A stretch of DNA of 18,934 nucleotides from Sedimentisphaerales bacterium (GTDB lineage Bacteria; Planctomycetota; Phycisphaerae; Sedimentisphaerales; Anaerobacaceae), in assembly GCA_046760285.1 (NCBI GenBank), contig JBHIDV010000011.1:1-18934 (forward strand), written 5' to 3'. The notes under the pieces were generated by a model, which was not told the origin of the DNA, did no database searches, and saw only the letters and a list, made by a program, of their open reading frames with translations. Position 1 is the first letter of the stretch; each line of letters begins with the position of its first letter. The translations under genes and the position numbers were made by a program. Of this stretch, positions 1 to 6,093 are shown one piece after another.

Positions 1-2
1 TG

Positions 3-458
3 AGCAAGAAGATGCTCAAGATTGCAAAAAAGCTGATGGAGCAAAATAACGGGGCGTCCGCCCCGCACCAATTAGTCCGAGGAGATGTGCAAAATCTTCC
101 TTTCCCTGACGGTGCATTTGATCTGGTGGTGAGCACGCTCTCTTTGCATCACTGGCGCTCGCCTGCCGACGGAATCCGAGAGTGTTGGCGAGTGACGGCC
201 CCTGGAGGCCAATGTTGGATTTACGATTTGCGAAGTGACGTCCCGGCAAGTGCGCATGCAAAACTGCTCGCAGGGGAAGGACTCAGTCACTTATTGTTGA
301 GCTGGATATTTAAATTTCATGGCGTTAATCCCAAGGAATTTGAGTCAGGAACCGTTTTGGCCTGGCTGAGCAGCGACGCGACAGTACAGACGGAGGTGCA
401 CGCCGCATATTTGAAGCTTAACGTAGAAAAACCACTCTGCGAGTTACCGGTGGTGTAG
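3..458 (+). CDS. Class I SAM-dependent methyltransferase (Methyltransf_11-like), 5'-truncated at window edge
   Basis: Reading frame is open from position 3 (first in-frame ATG at 12). The translated segment LPFPDGAFDLVVSTLSLHHW is the typical post-motif-II region of Rossmann-fold SAM methyltransferases of the UbiE/UbiG type. The N-terminal SAM-binding motif I must lie upstream of the window. Confidence 0.65.
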   Translation, partial: SKKMLKIAKKLMEQNNGASAPHQLVRGDVQNLPFPDGAFDLVVSTLSLHHWRSPADGIRECWRVTAPGGQCWIYDLRSDVPASAHAKLLAGEGLSHLLLSWIFKFHGVNPKEFESGTVLAWLSSDATVQTEVHAAYLKLNVEKPLCELPVV

Positions 459-556
459 TCTGCTATGGAGGCGACCCAGAGGCAACTGCCGAGAGCACCA
501 ACTGACTTGAGAAAGCTGAAGGTTCATCTTAAACTTGATATAATAAGGAAAGTGGT

Positions 557-1903
557 GTGGGAGTTCTAAGACTTCTAAGCCCAGCGCTAATACCGGAGAA
601 ACCAGCCACAAGGATACAATGGTTTATTAGACTCCGATGGTTGGCAGCTTCCGGGGTTCTTGTTTTCACAATTGTCGGTCGGTTCCTGCTCCAGCTACAG
701 TTTGAAGTTGCTCCGCTGATATTTGTCTGTATCTGCATAGCTCTATATAACACGGTGTTTTTCATTCTGGCTTATAGAACTCAACCAGAGGGTAAGTGGG
801 GTGAGAAGTTCTCTTTTATACAGGTAGGAACGGACATTTTGGCGCTTACTATTCTTATGCACTTTGGCGGAGGCATTGAAAATCCATTTATTTCCTACTA
901 TTTGTTCCATACAATTATTGCGGCCATTCTGCTGCCATGGTGGAAGGTGGCCTTGCAGGTCCTATTGGCATCGTCTTGTATTGCCGGTTTGGCGATAGCA
1001 GAATTGGTAGGCCTCTTAACTCATCGCCATGTCAGAGGGCTTTTGCCCTTTGAGCTATATGATAACTTCAAGTTTGTGATGGTCACCGTCCTGGCAATCA
1101 TCACCACGCTTTGTATTAGTGCTTTGCTTGCGGCCTCTATATCCCAGAGACTGCACGAAAGGGAAGAGCAACTGTCGGCGGCAAACGAAGACCTCAAAGA
1201 GCAGGACCGCATAAAATCACAATATGTTATGAGGGTAGCACATGACTTGGGCGGACCTGCTGGTACGATCACCAGCTGTCTCAAGTTGGTGACTCTGGGC
1301 CTGACTGGCCCGATCCCTGAAAAAGCCCTGGACATGGTCCAGCGAGCGCAACGTAAGAGCGAATATCTGGGACATCTGATCAGAGACTTGCTCAGCCTTT
1401 CCCGGATCAAGGCCGCGAAAGAAATCCCAAAGACCGCAGTCGAATTGCCGAAAATAATCAATCAAGTGTTCGAGGCATTACAGCCACAGGTAACGGACAA
1501 GAGCCTGGTTCTGGAGCAAAAACTTCCTGCTGCCTTGCCAGCAGTTTACGGCAATGCAGAAGCAATCTACGAGCTTTTCGATAACCTCGTGACAAACGCT
1601 GTCAAATACACGCCAATAGGCGGACGAGTGGAACTGGCCGTGTCGAATACGGGCGATAAAGTTCTGGTTAAGATACAAGACAATGGTGTCGGGATTCCCG
1701 CAGAAGCAGTCCCGCACATCTTCGAGGAGTTTTACCGTGCTGATAATGTTAAGGCCGAGGGTATGGAAGGGACTGGACTGGGGCTGGCGATCGTCAAACA
1801 GATTCTCCATGCGCACGAGGCAAAGTTCTGGGTTGAAAGCGAGCAAGGCAGTGGGACCACGTTTTCATTTACTCTACCGATAATGAGAAAATCGTATGTA
1901 TAG
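557..1903 (+). CDS. Sensor histidine kinase with polytopic membrane N-terminus
   Basis: GTG start after AGGAAAG. The first ~190 aa contain five or six hydrophobic helices. An H-box-like MRVAHDLGGP follows a coiled-coil stretch. The C-terminal HATPase_c domain has an N box (LVTNAVKYT), G1 (DNGVGIP) and G2 (GTGLGLAIV). The stop codon overlaps the next start (ATGTATAG). Confidence 0.85.
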   Translation: MGVLRLLSPALIPEKPATRIQWFIRLRWLAASGVLVFTIVGRFLLQLQFEVAPLIFVCICIALYNTVFFILAYRTQPEGKWGEKFSFIQVGTDILALTILMHFGGGIENPFISYYLFHTIIAAILLPWWKVALQVLLASSCIAGLAIAELVGLLTHRHVRGLLPFELYDNFKFVMVTVLAIITTLCISALLAASISQRLHEREEQLSAANEDLKEQDRIKSQYVMRVAHDLGGPAGTITSCLKLVTLGLTGPIPEKALDMVQRAQRKSEYLGHLIRDLLSLSRIKAAKEIPKTAVELPKIINQVFEALQPQVTDKSLVLEQKLPAALPAVYGNAEAIYELFDNLVTNAVKYTPIGGRVELAVSNTGDKVLVKIQDNGVGIPAEAVPHIFEEFYRADNVKAEGMEGTGLGLAIVKQILHAHEAKFWVESEQGSGTTFSFTLPIMRKSYV

Positions 1904-2948
1904 TGAGAAAAAGATTCAACTGAATGCCCCTGCAGGCAACCTGCCATCCTTCATTGCGGCGGTAGATGCCGGCGCCGATCTGGTGTATATGGGATTCAGG
2001 TCACCAACAAATCTGCGAAATTTGCCCGGCCTGAATTTTTCTGTCGAACAAGCTCAAAAAGCAGTACAATATGCCCACCAACACGGAAGGGGCGTCCATG
2101 TTACCGTGAACACTTATCCTACCGATACCCAACTCAAAGAGTGTTTCCGAGCTGTTGATTACGCTCATGACATTGGCGCCGATGCCGTGATAGCGGCAGA
2201 CTGGGCGGTGCTGGACTATACTCGAAACAGATATCCAGATATGGAGATTCATCTTAGCTGTGTCGCTGGGGTAGCCGATCCTGCTGCCATTCATTTCTAC
2301 CGTAAAGAATTTGGTATAAACTGTGTTGTACTTCCCAGAGTCCTTTGCCTTGAACAAATAGCTGCTCTGCGTAGGCAAACGGATGTGCTCCTGGAGGTAA
2401 TGGTCTTCGGTGTTTTATGTGCCAATTATGACGGTAGGTGTTGTCTGTCGTCTTTCATCACCGGAGCCAGCGCACACAGTATCGGCGCCTGTGCGCCAGC
2501 AGAATTTGTGCAGTTCAAAGAAACTGAGGAAGGTCGCCTAAGTCTGAAGCTCAATGGCATCGTCATCAACAGCTTTGCCGCCACGGAAAAGCATACGTAT
2601 CCAACGCCATGCAAAGGAAAGTATTATAATCCTGCTGTGGGTCGCTGGCTGCACGCTTTTCAGGACCCTTGTTGCCTCAACGCTTTGTCCGTCTTGGGCA
2701 AACTCGCAGCAGCCGGCGTAGACATAGTGAAAATTGAAGGCAGGCAAAGGTCGCTGGCATACATTCAGTTAGTTACAAGCGCCTGGCGCGAGGCGATCGA
2801 TTCACTCAGTCAACGAGAAAACTTTGACCCCCAGAAACATAAGGGACCCCAGCCGAAAAAGATGTCGGCTGGGAGCCCTAAAAATATGTCGCTGGACTCT
2901 ATCCTGGAGGGGACGGCAGGCTCGCTTGGAGCACTTGGTAGAGGTTAG
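1896..2948 (+). CDS. Peptidase U32 family protein, UbiU-like O2-independent hydroxylase subunit
   Basis: The N-terminus IQLNAPAGNLPSFIAAVDAGADLVYMG matches the hallmark ELLAPAGN...DAVY start of U32 proteins. Four Cys residues spaced C-x6-C-x16-C-x39-C match, from memory, the 4Fe-4S ligands C169/C176/C193/C232 of E. coli UbiU. The C-terminal tail carries an in-frame 36-nt palindromic element (2843-2878). Confidence 0.8.
   Translation: MYSEKKIQLNAPAGNLPSFIAAVDAGADLVYMGFRSPTNLRNLPGLNFSVEQAQKAVQYAHQHGRGVHVTVNTYPTDTQLKECFRAVDYAHDIGADAVIAADWAVLDYTRNRYPDMEIHLSCVAGVADPAAIHFYRKEFGINCVVLPRVLCLEQIAALRRQTDVLLEVMVFGVLCANYDGRCCLSSFITGASAHSIGACAPAEFVQFKETEEGRLSLKLNGIVINSFAATEKHTYPTPCKGKYYNPAVGRWLHAFQDPCCLNALSVLGKLAAAGVDIVKIEGRQRSLAYIQLVTSAWREAIDSLSQRENFDPQKHKGPQPKKMSAGSPKNMSLDSILEGTAGSLGALGRG
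2843..2878. repeat. 36-nt GC-rich palindromic element, copy A, inside the UbiU-like CDS
   Basis: GGGACCCCAGCCG-aaaaagatgt-CGGCTGGGAGCCC with complementary arms, flanked by TAA on both sides. It encodes GPQPKKMSAGSP in frame. Confidence 0.85.
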
Positions 2949-2951
2949 AAT

Positions 2952-4385
2952 ATGAAAATATCTGTTGGGCCTGCCCCGTCACATTGGGGTAGGGAAAGAA
3001 TTGAAAGTTTCTATCGTGAGCTGTGCCAAAGTCCCGTGGATTATGTGTATCTCGGAGAGATTGCTTGTCCAGAGCGTTCATGCTTTACACCTGATTTTTT
3101 TAATAGGCTCTGCGATGAGCTTTCACAGGCGGGCAAAAAGGTGTACGCATCCTCGTTAATCCTCGTTAGAGATGAGAAGCAATATCGTGCCTTTGAAGAG
3201 ATGGCACAACGATTACAGCGTGTAGAGATCAATAGCCCTGCGTTTCTGGGCCTCGCCCGGCGCTGGCCTTGCGTGACCGGCACGTTTCTTAACGTATATA
3301 ACTCAGCCGCTGTGAATATTCTGGCAAAACATATGGTTGAAAGGATAGTATTATCTCCTGAACTTAGCTTTCAATCAATCACCTCCATTACCAAGAGGTG
3401 CACAGTGGCCACGGAGCTTATAGTCCACGGATACGTACCAATTGCGATGTCCGGCACTTGCCAGACGGCACGCTCACTCGGACAGAATGGCCACGGATGT
3501 GGAAAGTCCTGTCAGTGTTATCCCGAAGGAATGGTATTAATGGCAGGTGACCGGTCTCTGTTTCGTATTGAGGGACCACAGACACTCTCAGCCGCAATCT
3601 ATTGCCTGGTAGAGTATCTGCCGTGGTTGGAAAAGGCAGGCATCGATACAATACGCATACTGCCTCAGTGGAATCATACTGGTCGTATTGTGAATATCTA
3701 TCGGGATGTGTTGCATAATCGCAGAGATTGTCGAGATGCCGTAGAAGAGCTAAAAGCAATTACGCCGGTGGAACTCTGCAATGGTTGGCTCTTAGGCAAA
3801 GCTGGGTGGCTTTATGAATCACCAGACAGAACTCAGAAGTCAGAAGACAGAAATCAGAAAACAGAAGTCAGAAATCAGAAGTCAGAAGTCCGTCTTCTGT
3901 CGTCTGTCTTCTGTCGTCTGTCTTCTGTCGTTTGTCCTCTGCCATCTGTCCTCTGTCGTCTGTCCTCTGTTGTCTCTTCGAAGGATTGTCGCCGTGCTTG
4001 GTCTACTAATGACATCATTCGTGAGGTGAATCAGCTTTTAGAGGTAATGCATGATGACCCCCAATTCATCAAGAAGATTGCTGGGTTTAAAGGGGTGGTG
4101 GTTGTGCTTAGTGCCTCAGATACTGGACGAGAGTTCATAATCGAATTAAATAAGCAAGGCGTGCGGGTCCGACCCTATAGCGGCCAGCCCTTCGATGTCA
4201 ATATTCAAGCTACTGAACAGGTTCTTTGGGCGGTCCTCTCAGGTCAGATGGATGCAGACACAGCGTTCTTTAGCGGTAAGGTCCGCATTTGTGGCTCCAT
4301 AGCCACAGCATTTCGTGTTAAAAACAGTTTTCTAAGCCTCCTTCAAAGGCATCTGAGTCAAACCATGAAAGCTAACACAAGTTAG
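2952..4385 (+). CDS. U32 family UbiV-like protein fused to a C-terminal SCP2 (UbiT-like) lipid-binding domain
   Basis: The N-terminus MKISVGP...VDYVYLGEIACPERS parallels E. coli YhbV/UbiV (MKYSLGP...VIYLGEAVCSKRR). The Cys cluster C-x12-C-x3-C (SGTCQTARSLGQNGHGCGKSCQC) plus the N-terminal Cys matches the UbiV 4Fe-4S ligand pattern. The last ~120 aa (VVVVLSASDTGREFIIEL...FFSGKVRICGSIATAFRV) look like an SCP2 sterol-carrier fold. The two parts are joined by a repeat-encoded low-complexity linker. Confidence 0.8.
   Translation: MKISVGPAPSHWGRERIESFYRELCQSPVDYVYLGEIACPERSCFTPDFFNRLCDELSQAGKKVYASSLILVRDEKQYRAFEEMAQRLQRVEINSPAFLGLARRWPCVTGTFLNVYNSAAVNILAKHMVERIVLSPELSFQSITSITKRCTVATELIVHGYVPIAMSGTCQTARSLGQNGHGCGKSCQCYPEGMVLMAGDRSLFRIEGPQTLSAAIYCLVEYLPWLEKAGIDTIRILPQWNHTGRIVNIYRDVLHNRRDCRDAVEELKAITPVELCNGWLLGKAGWLYESPDRTQKSEDRNQKTEVRNQKSEVRLLSSVFCRLSSVVCPLPSVLCRLSSVVSSKDCRRAWSTNDIIREVNQLLEVMHDDPQFIKKIAGFKGVVVVLSASDTGREFIIELNKQGVRVRPYSGQPFDVNIQATEQVLWAVLSGQMDADTAFFSGKVRICGSIATAFRVKNSFLSLLQRHLSQTMKANTS
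3823..3977. repeat. Heptamer tandem array (CAGAAGT-like, ~10 units) followed by its inverted complement (GTCTTCT-like, ~12 units): a long imperfect hairpin inside the CDS
   Basis: Direct reading gives cagacag aactcag aagtcag aagacag aaatcag aaaacag aagtcag aaatcag aagtcag aagtc, then c gtcttct gtcgtct gtcttct gtcgtct gtcttct gtcgttt gtcctct gccatct gtcctct gtcgtct gtcctct gttgtct. The symmetry centre is at ~3890/3891. Confidence 0.9.
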
Positions 4386-4423
4386 CTAATAGAATCAACT
4401 CTTAACATATAAAGGAGACCGAT

Positions 4424-5158
4424 ATGAAAAAAAATAAAAAAACTAATGCTGTACAGTATAGCACAGCGCGCAGGGGCCCATTTGGACGGCGTAAAATGCT
4501 GAAAGTCGGCGCTTTAGGTGCGTTGGCTGGTTACACTGGCACAGCGAAAGCCCTGGCCAGCAGCAAATCCACTATTAAACAAAAACGCTATGCCATGGTG
4601 ATTGATTTGCGAAGGTGTATTGGCTGCCATGCCTGCTCGGTAGCCTGCAAATCGGAGTTTAGCGTGCCTCTGGGGGTATGGAGGTCCTGGGTCAAGCAGG
4701 CCGAACGCGGCAAGTTTCCGAACACTCAGCGTCATTTCCTGCCGCGTCTATGCAACCACTGTGAGTACCCCACGTGCGTAGAGGCCTGCCCGACCAAGGC
4801 GTCGTACCAGCGGGACGATGGAATTGTTCTGGTCCGCGAAGAGCGATGTATCGGTTGTAGGCTATGTGTTTCAGCCTGTCCGTACAATGCACGCTTCTTT
4901 CACCCAGATGAGAAGATTGCTAACAAGTGTACTTTTTGTGTGCATCGTGTGGACCAGGGCCTGGTCCCCGCGTGCGTCAACACATGCCAGGGCAGAGCAC
5001 GTATTTTCGGTGACCTGAATGACCCAACGAGTGAGGTCGCTAAGCTCGTCGCCAGAGAACCTGTCCAGGTACTCAAACCAAAACTCGGAACTGAGCCCCG
5101 CGTTTTTTATATCGCCTCAGATACAGGGCTGATGGGGCGCATTAGAAAGGAGATCTGA
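4424..5158 (+). CDS. Four-cluster 4Fe-4S ferredoxin-type electron-transfer subunit of a molybdopterin oxidoreductase (TtrB/PsrB/PhsB-like) with Tat signal
   Basis: Strong SD AAAGGAGA. A twin-arginine motif GRRKMLKVGALGALA precedes an AxA cleavage site. There are four ferredoxin Cys clusters: CIGCHACSVAC, CNHCEYPTCVEACP, CIGCRLCVSACP and CTFC...C...C. Confidence 0.85.
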   Translation: MKKNKKTNAVQYSTARRGPFGRRKMLKVGALGALAGYTGTAKALASSKSTIKQKRYAMVIDLRRCIGCHACSVACKSEFSVPLGVWRSWVKQAERGKFPNTQRHFLPRLCNHCEYPTCVEACPTKASYQRDDGIVLVREERCIGCRLCVSACPYNARFFHPDEKIANKCTFCVHRVDQGLVPACVNTCQGRARIFGDLNDPTSEVAKLVAREPVQVLKPKLGTEPRVFYIASDTGLMGRIRKEI

Positions 5159-5159
5159 A

Positions 5160-6023
5160 ATGGAACAAGTAATCTATTACAATATCCACCACCATGAGGC
5201 AATGGGTCCACTAATTGTTCTGTACTTTTTCCTGAGTGGTTTAGGGGCGGGTGCTTTTCTGACGGCGGTGGGCTTGCAAATTTTCGGCAGCGAAAAGTAC
5301 GAAAAAATCGCCAGAACTGCTGCCATTGCCGCACCTGTCATGCTTATTCCGGGGCTGCTATGCCTTCTTTTGGACCTGGGTAAGCCTTTGCGGTTTCTCA
5401 ACCTGTTTTTTTACTTCAATCCCTCCAGCGTTGCTTCTTGGGGGGTGTGGATAATAAATATCTTCTTGGTGATTTCTGTGCTCTACGCATTTTCGCACGT
5501 GATAGGCAAAGCCCAAAGAGCAAAGCCGTTAGCCTATCTGGGCCTCGTTTTTGCCTTGGCAGTAGGGTTTTACTCTGGCCTGCTCTTGTACCAGATGCAC
5601 GGCTATGTTCTATGGCACTCGGCGCTGCTGCCGATGCTCTTTTTAGTCTCCGCTATTGCCTCTGGGCTTGCGGTGGTGCTGCTTCTCTCGGGCTCGGCTG
5701 AGCCTGACCAAACTCGTGTACTTTCCAAAGTTCTCGCTGTCGTGGTCGGTATAGATTTGGTACTGGCTTTGACTGAGGTGCTGACCCTGGCGGTCAGTAG
5801 TGGTGAAAAAGCAGAAATCGCCAATGTCATTCTGTCAGGTGGCTATGGCTTTTTGTTCATCGTGGTATACATAATTGCTGGTTTGGCCCTACCACTGTTC
5901 GTGTTGGTACAGCGGCAGGTGACCCGTAATGTTCAAGTGGGTGCTTGCGTTCTGGTTTTGGTGGGAACTCTGGCCATGCGTTATGTAATTGTGGTGGGCG
6001 GACAAGCTCTGCCGTTAAGTTAA
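5160..6023 (+). CDS. NrfD/PsrC-family integral membrane quinol-interacting anchor subunit
   Basis: Strong SD AAAGGAGAT, starting 1 nt after the previous stop. The protein is highly hydrophobic with ~8 predicted helices, and its length and N-terminus resemble PsrC/NrfD. Confidence 0.8.
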   Translation: MEQVIYYNIHHHEAMGPLIVLYFFLSGLGAGAFLTAVGLQIFGSEKYEKIARTAAIAAPVMLIPGLLCLLLDLGKPLRFLNLFFYFNPSSVASWGVWIINIFLVISVLYAFSHVIGKAQRAKPLAYLGLVFALAVGFYSGLLLYQMHGYVLWHSALLPMLFLVSAIASGLAVVLLLSGSAEPDQTRVLSKVLAVVVGIDLVLALTEVLTLAVSSGEKAEIANVILSGGYGFLFIVVYIIAGLALPLFVLVQRQVTRNVQVGACVLVLVGTLAMRYVIVVGGQALPLS

Positions 6024-6038
6024 TCAGCCGATTGGTAA

Positions 6039-6074
6039 GGGTTCCCAGCGGCAATACATCGCCGCTGGGGTCCC
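6039..6074. repeat. 36-nt GC-rich palindromic element, copy B, intergenic and in inverted orientation
   Basis: GGGTTCCCAGCGGC-aatacatc-GCCGCTGGGGTCCC flanked by TAA/TAA. It lies between the NrfD-like stop and the catalytic-subunit RBS. Confidence 0.85.
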
Positions 6075-6093
6075 TAATGAAAGGGAAAGAACC

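Noticed and set aside
533-544. Extended -10-like TGaTATAAT at 536-544 upstream of the histidine kinase
   Set aside because: It lies only ~12 nt before the GTG start and overlaps the SD, leaving no room for a leader. There is no convincing -35, so it is more likely a chance AT-rich match, and the real promoter may be further upstream or read through from the methyltransferase gene.
1021-1846. Minus-strand ORFs 1021-1461 (146 aa), 1217-1465 and 1478-1846 (122 aa) inside the histidine kinase gene
   Set aside because: They are entirely embedded antisense to a well-supported CDS with clear HisKA/HATPase motifs. The products are Arg/Ser-rich low complexity with no RBS, typical of shadow ORFs.
3823-3977. 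Possible CRISPR array
   Set aside because: The repeat units are 7 nt, with no 25-50 nt spacers and no cas genes. The pattern is a tandem microsatellite plus its inverted complement, not repeat-spacer architecture.
3814-4029. Alternate-frame + ORF (71 aa) spanning the heptamer repeat
   Set aside because: Its openness is a by-product of the low-complexity repeat being stop-free in several frames. The main frame carries recognisable UbiV and SCP2 domains on both sides.
1896-4385. Reading the U32 pair literally as collagenase-type secreted proteases
   Set aside because: Peptidase U32 is a historical family name. The proteins have no signal peptides, and their conserved four-Cys Fe-S patterns match the UbiU/UbiV/RlhA/TrhP hydroxylase group.
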